Shown here piece by piece: positions 48,101-56,069 of a stretch of DNA of 56,069 nt. Each line of letters starts with the position of its first letter. The stretch's first letter is position 1. A program made the position numbers and the translations under genes. The DNA is from an uncultured Desulfobacterales bacterium. GTDB lineage: Bacteria; Desulfobacterota; Desulfobacteria; Desulfobacterales; SURF-7. The stretch is taken from the NCBI GenBank assembly GCA_964617785.1, contig CAZTYY010000001.1:1-56069 (forward strand). Direction: 5' to 3'. Under the pieces are notes generated by a model. It did not search any database. It worked only from the letters and a program-made list of their open reading frames with translations, and was not told the origin of the DNA.

Positions 48101-50923
48101 ATGCCTGAAAAAGACAATTCCAACATCAGAGTCAATTGCCCTTCCTGTGGTGCGGCATATAAAATACCGAAAACAACCATCGGTAAAACCATTCAATGCA
48201 AAAAATGCAACAACCAGTTTAAAGCCCTGGCCGACATGCCGACCGATTACCCTCTTATAGGTAAAATAGCACTTGAAAAAGGACTTATTAACGAAAAACA
48301 GCTTAAAGAAGCATGGGCTATCAAGCGAAAACTCGCAGAAGAGCACGACAAAAGACTCTCAATCGCTGATATTCTTTTTAAAAAAAAAATAATATCAGAA
48401 GATGTTATGAAACGCCTGAAAATTGCGGCAACAAGGCAGCAGGATAAGGAGTTCGGCATTATAGCAGCAAGGGATCATTCTGTTTCAGAGGAGGATATTG
48501 ATAAAGCTCTATCAAAGCAGGCTGAGATTTTTAAAAATACGGGAGAATGTGTTCTGATAGGAAATATTCTGACTGACAAAAAACTCTTAACAAGGGAACA
48601 AGTCGACAAGATGTTATCAGAACAGAACAGATCCGAAGAATTGCTTCCCAACAAAATCCCAGCAGAGCCTGAACTTAAATCAGAACCTGAACCTAAAACT
48701 GGGCCTGAACCTAAATCTAAATCTGGGCCTGAAGAGGCAATTAAAGAAACCAAAGCCTCGCCGCAACCGTCTCTTGCTGACAAATCAACTGTGGAGGACC
48801 AAAAAGCTACAAAACAGGAAAATATTGCGCCTGTGATCGAAAAAAAACCTGGATCATCTGTTGAAGGTATAAAGGATAAAAGATTTTTTCAAATCAGGGA
48901 ACTCGATAAGCAGTTTGGTAAAATTGCAATCAGCAAGAATTTTTCGACAAAAGATGAAGTGGCAATAGCGCTTAAGGAGCAGTTAAAGGCCTATCAGGAT
49001 ACGGATCAGAAAAAATTTCTCGGCAAAATACTTATTGAAAAAGGTGTGCTTACAAACGAACAGTTCACAACAATAATGTTTGAACAGAAACGCTTTGATT
49101 TCGTGAACAAAAAATTCGGCGAGATAGCCATTGAAAAAGGATTTGTCAGGAATAGAGATATTGAAAAAGCTCTTGAAGAACAAAAAAACATTTTAATAAA
49201 AACAGGAGAAAAAAAACTGATAGGTGAAATACTTGTGTCCCAGGGAGCCATGTCTGAAGAGCAGTGTAAAGAGATTACAGTTGAGCAGACAGGCGAAAGC
49301 ATTAAAAAAAGCGATGAAGGAGATACTCAAAAAGTAAAAATAAAGAATTGCGATTTTGAATTAACAGTTTCAAAGGACGCACTATCGGCATTTCTCAAAA
49401 GAGATGCCAGTATGCCGGACACTTTATCAGCATCTGACATCAAAAAATTTTTGCTGGAAAGAAAAATTGCTTTTGGGATTGTCGATGATACGCTTATCGA
49501 TGGGTTTCTTAAGCATGAAACGCTCAAAGGAAAAAGGTTTAAGGTGGCAGAAGGCAAGCCTGTCAAATTAGGGCGGAAAGGAAGAATTAAATATTTTTTT
49601 GATACCGAGCATCTAAAGGCAGGGGCTGTGAATGAAGATGGGAATATAGATTATAAAGACAGAGGAGAAATACCGCATGTGCCGGCCGGAGAGCTTCTTG
49701 CAGAAAAAATAAGTTTCATCGAAGGCGAAAAAGGAATCGATATTTATGGCATTCCGATTGACATTCCTGTAATTAAAGATGTCAAACTCAAAAACGGCCA
49801 AGGTACCGAAATATCGGATGACAATTTAAAGGTTTTTGCAAAAATCGAAGGGCAACCGAGCCTTGCTTTTGGCGGAAAAATTTCTGTCTTGTCTGATCTT
49901 GTAATTAAAGGTGATGTAGGTCTTAAAACAGGACATGTTGAATTCGATGGGAAGGTAAAGGTAATAGGGACAATTCAAAGCAATTTTAAAGTAAAGGCTG
50001 GTTCTGTAACAGCAAAAGAAATTGAGGAAGCGGAAATAATAACGACAGGTGATGTTAACGTTTCAGGGGGCATAAACGGCGCAACCATCAGGGCGGGCGG
50101 TAATGTGTTTGCAAAATACATTACAAAAGCCACAATTTTTTCTTTCGGTGATGTTGAAGCCCAAAAGGAAATAATAGATTCAAAAATCGAAAATAGCGGT
50201 ACCGTGCTGGTAAGAAAAGGAAAGATTATATCATCAGAAATCATTTCAAGAAAAGGCGTCGAAGCAATGGACATCGGCACGGAAATGTCTACTCCGTGTC
50301 AATTAAAAATCGGTGTGGACACACATGTCGAAAAAGAGATTAAAGAAAAAGAAATGGAGATTACGGCCATTGAAAACGAACAAAACAAATTGATTGAAAA
50401 AGTTGAGGCTCTTAAAGAAGAAGAAGAGAATATCAATATACAGATTGCTGAACAAGCTCAGATACAAGACAGATCTATGATAAAACAAAGGTCTCTGAAA
50501 GAGCAAATGGATACTCTTAAAAAAGAAGGAAAAAAAGAACAGCTTGCCGATATCACAAAATCATATCAGGAACTTGAAAAGAACGCAGCAGATGCTGACA
50601 GCAGTATCAACGACCTTTTTGCAAGACAAGATGAAATATCAGATACGCAAGCTAATTTTTCCGGACAAATGAAACAGTTTGATTATAGGGTGAATGAACT
50701 GAGAGATGAAAAAGAAGCTATCCTTAAATGGTCAAGGGAAGATAAAACGATTCCAGCAGTAAAGGCTAAAGGGTCGGTTTATGAGGGATGCAGTATTTTC
50801 GGTCCTAATGCATTGATTACTCTTGAAAAAACATATAAAAATATTCATATTAAGGAACTCAGGGTCAGTGACCCCAAAGAAGGAGCAGATTGGGAGATGA
50901 AAGTAATTATACAAAAAAGCTGA
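48101..50923 (+). CDS. multidomain protein: N-terminal zinc ribbon, 8 T2SSE_N/MshEN-like helical repeats, DUF342/FapA domain, C-terminal coiled coil
   Basis: CPSCG...CKKC ribbon. Repeats of the form (L/F)(I/G)GxIxxxKGxxxxxQxxxAxxxQ. FapA_N-like ELTVSKDALSAFL...IAFGIVDD. Beta-helix-like G-rich DUF342 core. The ORF opens at TTG 48095, with an ATG at 48101. Confidence 0.75.
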   Translation: MPEKDNSNIRVNCPSCGAAYKIPKTTIGKTIQCKKCNNQFKALADMPTDYPLIGKIALEKGLINEKQLKEAWAIKRKLAEEHDKRLSIADILFKKKIISEDVMKRLKIAATRQQDKEFGIIAARDHSVSEEDIDKALSKQAEIFKNTGECVLIGNILTDKKLLTREQVDKMLSEQNRSEELLPNKIPAEPELKSEPEPKTGPEPKSKSGPEEAIKETKASPQPSLADKSTVEDQKATKQENIAPVIEKKPGSSVEGIKDKRFFQIRELDKQFGKIAISKNFSTKDEVAIALKEQLKAYQDTDQKKFLGKILIEKGVLTNEQFTTIMFEQKRFDFVNKKFGEIAIEKGFVRNRDIEKALEEQKNILIKTGEKKLIGEILVSQGAMSEEQCKEITVEQTGESIKKSDEGDTQKVKIKNCDFELTVSKDALSAFLKRDASMPDTLSASDIKKFLLERKIAFGIVDDTLIDGFLKHETLKGKRFKVAEGKPVKLGRKGRIKYFFDTEHLKAGAVNEDGNIDYKDRGEIPHVPAGELLAEKISFIEGEKGIDIYGIPIDIPVIKDVKLKNGQGTEISDDNLKVFAKIEGQPSLAFGGKISVLSDLVIKGDVGLKTGHVEFDGKVKVIGTIQSNFKVKAGSVTAKEIEEAEIITTGDVNVSGGINGATIRAGGNVFAKYITKATIFSFGDVEAQKEIIDSKIENSGTVLVRKGKIISSEIISRKGVEAMDIGTEMSTPCQLKIGVDTHVEKEIKEKEMEITAIENEQNKLIEKVEALKEEEENINIQIAEQAQIQDRSMIKQRSLKEQMDTLKKEGKKEQLADITKSYQELEKNAADADSSINDLFARQDEISDTQANFSGQMKQFDYRVNELRDEKEAILKWSREDKTIPAVKAKGSVYEGCSIFGPNALITLEKTYKNIHIKELRVSDPKEGADWEMKVIIQKS

Positions 50924-50929
50924 TTATGC

Positions 50930-51784
50930 CTATAATGTGCTTATTACATTTTTCACCAAATCGATCACTTCATCCATAATCGATTCAATTTCATCATATT
51001 CAATGTCAAGAACCTTCATTGCGGTATCGCCTATCTCAAGTGTAATACCATCAACATCCATACCTGACATGTTTACCATCTGATTGGCAATATATACAAT
51101 ATAAGACAGCTTGCTTCCCAAAATACTTGACGGATGATGATGGTACCTTACACCGGTATATATCGATTTTGGAATATTCCATTTTTTGCATATCTCTGCA
51201 GCGATTTCCGCATGATCGAAACCGAGCATTTTTTTCTCAGCTTCGGTCAGAACAATAGCATTGTCAGACATTAGTTCGTCAAAACCTTCTTTTCTTTCAG
51301 CTATATAAGGGTCAAGAATTATTTTGCCGACATCATGAATTAGCCCTGCCGTGAACGCTTCTTTGGACATGTCAGGACATTTATGTTCTGCAAGAAGTTT
51401 GGAACCAAAACCAACAGCAATAGAATGCTGCCAGAGCATGTTGCTGGGGAATTCATATCCGCTCATAGAATCACCAAGCAGTCTTGCAGAAGAAGCCACG
51501 GTAATGATTTCGGCAAGCGCATTCAGACCCAGTACCAGTGCGGCATCCTGAACAGAAGTGACTTCTCTGACCCTGTGATAATAAGCTGAATTTGACATTT
51601 TAAGTACTTTCAATGAAAGCGACTGGTCTTTTTCAATAAGATCAGCAATGTCCTGAAAATTTGAATCAGGGTCCTCCATAACCTCCATCGCTTTTTTCAT
51701 TATTCCCGGCATTGGAGGAAGGTTGCCGACTGCAAGAAGGATATTATCTTTCAGTCTTTTTCCTGATGGAAGTTTTTCTCTCAT
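50930..51784 (-). CDS. HDOD domain-containing signalling protein
   Basis: 284 aa. HDOD hallmarks (LPPMPGI, LSLKVLKMSNSAYY, GLIHDVGKIIL). Confidence 0.85.
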   Translation of the reverse strand: MREKLPSGKRLKDNILLAVGNLPPMPGIMKKAMEVMEDPDSNFQDIADLIEKDQSLSLKVLKMSNSAYYHRVREVTSVQDAALVLGLNALAEIITVASSARLLGDSMSGYEFPSNMLWQHSIAVGFGSKLLAEHKCPDMSKEAFTAGLIHDVGKIILDPYIAERKEGFDELMSDNAIVLTEAEKKMLGFDHAEIAAEICKKWNIPKSIYTGVRYHHHPSSILGSKLSYIVYIANQMVNMSGMDVDGITLEIGDTAMKVLDIEYDEIESIMDEVIDLVKNVISTL

Positions 51785-51806
51785 TTTATTTTTCCATAAC
51801 TAAATT

Positions 51807-52817
51807 TCATACAGATCCGAGTTCAATTGCTTTAAGAACTTCATTTGCTTCTTTAAATGTCGGATCAATGCTGACGGCTTCTTTAAAATGATATTTTGCG
51901 TCGGCGATCTCTTTCTTTTCAAGATAGAGCCTGCCGATGTTATAATGGATAAATGGTTCATCGGGATGAACTTTTATCGCCTTGATATAATTTTTCAAAG
52001 CAGTATCAAGATCGCCCTTTTTTCGGTAAAGAACACCAAGGCTGTTGTATACATTTACAGTATCCGGGCTTATTTCAAGGATTTCATTTAAAATTTCCTC
52101 TGCGTACTGCATTTTTTCAGTGCTCATGTAAATATCTGCAGCTTTTTGCAGATATTTTTCAGCCTCCTTTGGCTGTCCGAGTTTATTATACGCCCGCCCC
52201 ATAGCCTCATAGGCTTTGGCAAACAGACGGTCAAGCTGTGTCGCTTTTCTGAATGCGGCAATCGCCTCACTGTATTTTTCCTGGGTGGTTTTAATATACC
52301 CTATATTATAATAATATTCCGCTGTTTTCTCTTGCTCAATCAATTCGTTGAAAACATCAAGTGCTTTTTCATAGTCCTGGTTTTCGATTAGCTTCAACCC
52401 GTCATCAAGGCTATTTCTCATTTCAGAAGAAACAACATCCTCCTCAATATTTGACAGCATAGACACCTTCTTTTTGATATTTTCAATCTCGTATGGAGTG
52501 ACAATCAGGCCGGTAACACCGGATATGCCGGCCTCAATAATCTTTAGCTTTGTAAAGGCTGAATCTGTCAGAAAAAAAGGAATGTCGAACATACTATCAT
52601 CATTTTTTACGATCCTTAATAAAGCCAGCCCATTCATATCAGGCATTTCTAAAGATGATATGATGCAATCAAACGGCTTGATACGCAACATTGCCCAGGC
52701 ATCATTGGCACTGCTTGCGCTGTGAACATTCTTGCATCCAACGTATTGCAGAATCTCAGACAATTCCCGCAATGCTATCGAATTGTTGTCAACAATAAGA
52801 AAAGATAATGTATTCAT
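51807..52817 (-). CDS. response-regulator receiver-like domain (non-canonical) fused to TPR repeats
   Basis: 336 aa. CheY-like fold at the N-terminus (FLIVDNN...CIISSLEMPDMNG), followed by about 5 TPR motifs. Confidence 0.8.
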   Translation of the reverse strand: MNTLSFLIVDNNSIALRELSEILQYVGCKNVHSASSANDAWAMLRIKPFDCIISSLEMPDMNGLALLRIVKNDDSMFDIPFFLTDSAFTKLKIIEAGISGVTGLIVTPYEIENIKKKVSMLSNIEEDVVSSEMRNSLDDGLKLIENQDYEKALDVFNELIEQEKTAEYYYNIGYIKTTQEKYSEAIAAFRKATQLDRLFAKAYEAMGRAYNKLGQPKEAEKYLQKAADIYMSTEKMQYAEEILNEILEISPDTVNVYNSLGVLYRKKGDLDTALKNYIKAIKVHPDEPFIHYNIGRLYLEKKEIADAKYHFKEAVSIDPTFKEANEVLKAIELGSV

Positions 52818-52835
52818 ATGTTTTACCGCTCAAAG

Positions 52836-54923
52836 TTAAAATGAATCAAGAAAAGGCCTTGTATCTTCCAATTCATTATTGTTTGTCTCTATATCGTTTT
52901 GTATGCTCTTTTCAGATGCCTCATGTTTAAACTGATTAACAAATTCCCTAACAGTTCTAAAGACATAGTCATTATCGTCTGCTTTATTGTGAAATACAGA
53001 ATATTGAAGGTTGCGAGATGGTGCTTTCCGAAAAAAATTGCTGATGGTTTTTCCAATCTTATAACATTGTAGCATCATATTTTCAATATTTTTAATGTCA
53101 AGGGACGAAAAATAAAATTCGTTCCACGAATTTTGAATAAGGACACTTCCGGTTTCAAGTGACGCTCCATTTTTTTTACCCTCGACCGCTATAAAAAGGC
53201 GTACGAATTCAGGATCTGCATTAATTAAACTGGTGCCGGAATCAGGCTCAGACATAAATTGATGAACCTTATGAAAGAGACGCGCTGCACAACCGGATGA
53301 GTTTTTGTCGATTTCATCCTCAAATATAACCGCCTCCGGATTGTTATCCGCCAACCTGTTGGCAATAATCCAGCCGACGATTTCAAGAGGTTCGTCAGCC
53401 TTAAAAAGGCAGGTTGAACCATCATATTGATTGCCGGATTCAAAATGCTCATAACATGACCATTTGCGGCCTTTTTCTTTGCCTTGCAGGCATATAATTT
53501 TTAAACGTCCGGCACTAGCCTTTGCTTTTAAGTATGCCGAACACTTTGGAATCTTTTTTTCCTTTTCTTGAAACAGGGCTGAAATTTTATTTTTAATTGC
53601 CTGCAGATCAGAATGCTGCATTGCAAACAACTGTCCCCTGTCGACCATGATTGTTGCAACTTGCCGATATAATTCAATGATACGGTCTCTAATGGTTTCA
53701 TCAAATGCCAGCTTTTTTTTCTCGGGCCATTGCTCAAATGTTTTCAACGGTCCTGTTTTTTCCTTCCCCCATTCCCATTGTGATACATAGTCAGCAAGAT
53801 GTCTGGCTTTCGGCGCATTTTCGTCAAACTCTTCAATGAGAGGGTGTCCATAAATCCTTAAAAAAATTGCTCTTTTTGCCATCTCATAATTTTTCCTGTC
53901 CTTTTTATTCTGATAAAACTTCAATATCCTGTCAAATACAGCCGCGTAAGGATCCATCACGCTGCTGGCAAATTCTGATTCTGTAAATTTTTTTTTGATC
54001 AGATCGCACGGTAGCATTTCATTTTCTTCATAATAATACGATGCGATAAGGGACGCCTTGATAAATGATTTTACCGGATCGCTTCGAGTTTTGTAAAGTT
54101 GCCAAAGTATTGCGCCAGGGCATTCATTCTTTGTAATGGATGTCAGGTTGCCAAGATCAATATACGGATTGTCGAATTGGTCATTGTTTTTATTCAAGGC
54201 TCTGTTGCAATGCGCTTTATATTTTTCATCATTAAGTCCGGAAGGGAGAACACTCCAAACAGGAATCTGACCGGCAATCATTATAAATGTTCTATAAAAT
54301 TCCTCTTTAAGAATCGTTTTTTGTGCTGTTCCTGAGCTTTCTTCATCTAAAGCGAAAAAATTATTGCGTCTTACCTGTTTATCGTTGAGGATAAAAAAGT
54401 TGACCTCCTGGTTATAGTTTTCAAAACTCCATTCACCGATTTTGACCAGTTTTTTTTCAAGCAGATCAAAGTGTATTTTTGTTGTGTTTTTTTCATCAAC
54501 TACCACCCAGTAGTCAAAATCTGAAAACTCACCTTGGGCAAGTGTTCCGGTACTTCCCATTAGATAAAGGCCTTTAATAATATATGTCCCTGCAAGGTGT
54601 GGCTGCATATCCTTTTCCCTGAATCTGAAATGCCCAAGTGCTTCTTTCCAAAATCCGGAATCATGAAAACCGTAAATACCGTATGCTGATAAGGGTTGGT
54701 CCATATATCCCGGGAAATCCGGGGTATTGACATGCAGCAAAAAAGGGATAGTATGAAACAGTTCAAACTTCTCTGGTGAAAGGTAGCGGATAAGCTCTCT
54801 TGTCCGCGCAATATTGTAACTGATAAATTCTTTTCTGTTGCGGGCAAGCATGTCAATTATAGCTGCCTGGGAATCATTTTTTTTTGTTTCTGCGTATTTT
54901 TGTTTAACCGATTTTCGAAACAT
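52836..54923 (-). CDS. cyaA: class I adenylate cyclase (CyaA type), short form
   Basis: 695 aa. Collinear matches to my recollection of E. coli CyaA: HTIPFLLHVNTPDFPGY vs LPTLLHYHHPLMPGY, MGSTGTLAQGEFSDFDYWV vs MGSTSSVGQSCSSDLDIWV, KEEFYRT vs LDEFYRT, ILWQLYKTRSDPVKS vs SLWQLYKSIDSPYKA. Confidence 0.85.
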   Translation of the reverse strand: MFRKSVKQKYAETKKNDSQAAIIDMLARNRKEFISYNIARTRELIRYLSPEKFELFHTIPFLLHVNTPDFPGYMDQPLSAYGIYGFHDSGFWKEALGHFRFREKDMQPHLAGTYIIKGLYLMGSTGTLAQGEFSDFDYWVVVDEKNTTKIHFDLLEKKLVKIGEWSFENYNQEVNFFILNDKQVRRNNFFALDEESSGTAQKTILKEEFYRTFIMIAGQIPVWSVLPSGLNDEKYKAHCNRALNKNNDQFDNPYIDLGNLTSITKNECPGAILWQLYKTRSDPVKSFIKASLIASYYYEENEMLPCDLIKKKFTESEFASSVMDPYAAVFDRILKFYQNKKDRKNYEMAKRAIFLRIYGHPLIEEFDENAPKARHLADYVSQWEWGKEKTGPLKTFEQWPEKKKLAFDETIRDRIIELYRQVATIMVDRGQLFAMQHSDLQAIKNKISALFQEKEKKIPKCSAYLKAKASAGRLKIICLQGKEKGRKWSCYEHFESGNQYDGSTCLFKADEPLEIVGWIIANRLADNNPEAVIFEDEIDKNSSGCAARLFHKVHQFMSEPDSGTSLINADPEFVRLFIAVEGKKNGASLETGSVLIQNSWNEFYFSSLDIKNIENMMLQCYKIGKTISNFFRKAPSRNLQYSVFHNKADDNDYVFRTVREFVNQFKHEASEKSIQNDIETNNNELEDTRPFLDSF

Positions 54924-54996
54924 CGTGTAAAATCAAAATAAATTAATGCCGCCCCTGGCGGAGAACAGCCCCTGGCGGATTACAGATTGAAGAAGT

Positions 54997-55845
54997 CTAT
55001 TTGGTTTTGACGACCCTGAAACCGATGTATGTACGCCTTACTATGGGCCTGAAATAATTGCGGTCAGCTGAACGTGCGTATCTTGAGCTTTGATTCCAGC
55101 ATCCTCCACGAAAGATTCTTAATTCACCTTCAGATGAAATTGGATCAACAATTCCGTCTTTATATGTGTTTGTAATAACACCTGTAAATCTTGTCCAGAT
55201 ACTGCTGCTTTTACAGCTGTCAATGCACCATTCGTGAACATTACCATGCATGTCATAAAGACCCCACGCATTGGGTTTCTTTGTTGCCACAGGATAAGTT
55301 GCGGATTTGGCATTGGCGCAATACCAGGCCATGTCGGCAAGTGCAGGAATTATTTTACAGCTTATTTCGGTAATATCCCCTCCTGAATATGCGCTTGTAC
55401 TCCCGGCCCTGCATGCATACTCCCATTCTGCTTCAGTCGGCAGGCGGTATTTGTCTGTTCCTTCCATCTTATTCAGCTTGTCGATAAACGCAATACAGTC
55501 ATTCCAGGATACCTGTTCAACAGGTCTTTTTGGCCCCCAATTTTTAAACCCGGACGGGTTGTGTCCCATCAACTTCTCCCACTGCCTCTGGGTTACTTCT
55601 GTTTCCGAAATGAAAAAACCTGTACTGATCTTTACGCTGTGCTGATCTTCATCGTTTTCTCTTCCTTTTTCATCCAGAGGGCTCCCCATCAGAAACGTGC
55701 CGGGCGGTATAGAAACAAATCGCATATTAAGCTTGTTGGTAAATGCATATGTTGCATCTTCAGCTTCCGTATGGTGCGGATAACAGAAAAGGCAGAACAG
55801 GAACGCCAACACAGCCAAACAATTGGATTGTTTACGAAAATTCAT
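54997..55845 (-). CDS. formylglycine-generating enzyme (SUMF1/FGE-sulfatase domain) family protein, secreted
   Basis: 282 aa. Signal peptide, then RPVEQVSWNDC, YRLPTEAEWEYACRAG, GLYDMHGNVHEW, RGG.W and GFRVV motifs. Confidence 0.85.
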   Translation of the reverse strand: MNFRKQSNCLAVLAFLFCLFCYPHHTEAEDATYAFTNKLNMRFVSIPPGTFLMGSPLDEKGRENDEDQHSVKISTGFFISETEVTQRQWEKLMGHNPSGFKNWGPKRPVEQVSWNDCIAFIDKLNKMEGTDKYRLPTEAEWEYACRAGSTSAYSGGDITEISCKIIPALADMAWYCANAKSATYPVATKKPNAWGLYDMHGNVHEWCIDSCKSSSIWTRFTGVITNTYKDGIVDPISSEGELRIFRGGCWNQSSRYARSADRNYFRPIVRRTYIGFRVVKTK

Positions 55846-56069
55846 TTTGCTATATAAACCTTATGAATCGTAGTTTGATATTACCGGTTGATATTATATC
55901 AGACGAGGACAAATCATATCCTTATGATAATAAGGATAAAAGTGAACTACATTGTTCCGGGAAATAATTATTATGAGTATACACGATTAAAAAGCTTTGT
56001 TCAATATTAGAATTGTTTTTTGTCAATAGCATTTTAAAATGTCCGGTTTTCATAGCAAGTGAAATGTCC

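Noticed and set aside
1-56069. Searched for CRISPR arrays, IS/transposase or integrase genes, toxin-antitoxin pairs, restriction-modification genes, other defence-system hallmarks and rRNA genes.
   Set aside because: I found no spaced repeat arrays, no transposase or integrase-like ORFs, and no nuclease/ATPase defence signatures. The only RNA gene I could fold is tRNA-Arg.

Overview
This 56 kb window looks like a chromosomal segment of a Gram-negative anaerobe. The protein content suggests Desulfobacterota (deltaproteobacterial sulfate-reducer type): an adenylate kinase with the Cys-X5-His-X15-Cys-X2-Cys lid motif, CooT, HDOD, DUF342/FapA and a PurS-PurL fusion. That taxonomic call is inference only. 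About 80% of the window is densely packed core housekeeping genes. On the minus strand: rpiB-glyA-dCMP deaminase-nrdR-ribD-ribE-ribBA-ribH-nusB, then trpB2, tRNA-Arg(CCG), folC, rpsU and adk. On the plus strand: rho, rpmE, prfA-prmC, then the classic rpsB-tsf-pyrH-frr-uppS-cdsA-dxr-rseP block followed by purL-purQ. Later come a second EF-G, an M48/TPR protease and parA-parB. I saw no rRNA, CRISPR array, IS/transposase, phage gene or recognisable defence gene. Three patches are not ordinary. (1) 27974-35641 is a type IV pilus minor-pilin operon (pilV', fimT/gspH, pilW, pilV, pilX, a 1464-aa PilY1 and a small secreted protein). It has a candidate sigma54 promoter, and the PilY1 carries extra N-terminal modules. 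(2) 45041-47928 is a tightly packed run downstream of parB: NYN/YacP-like, DUF3842, CooT, and an IspH fused to a UbiA-type membrane prenyltransferase domain. (3) 48101-54923 is a second-messenger-flavoured neighbourhood. It holds a zinc-ribbon plus 8 MshEN/T2SSE_N-like repeats plus FapA protein, an HDOD protein, a receiver-TPR protein lacking the phospho-acceptor Asp, and a short class I (CyaA-type) adenylate cyclase. I also found a diverged intergenic element of about 130-150 nt present twice, each copy ending just upstream of a housekeeping gene start (adk, prfA) and sharing a conserved mini-ORF. All calls come from reading the translated ORFs and motifs from memory, with no database search. 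Start codons were adjusted by eye using RBS position and neighbour overlap.
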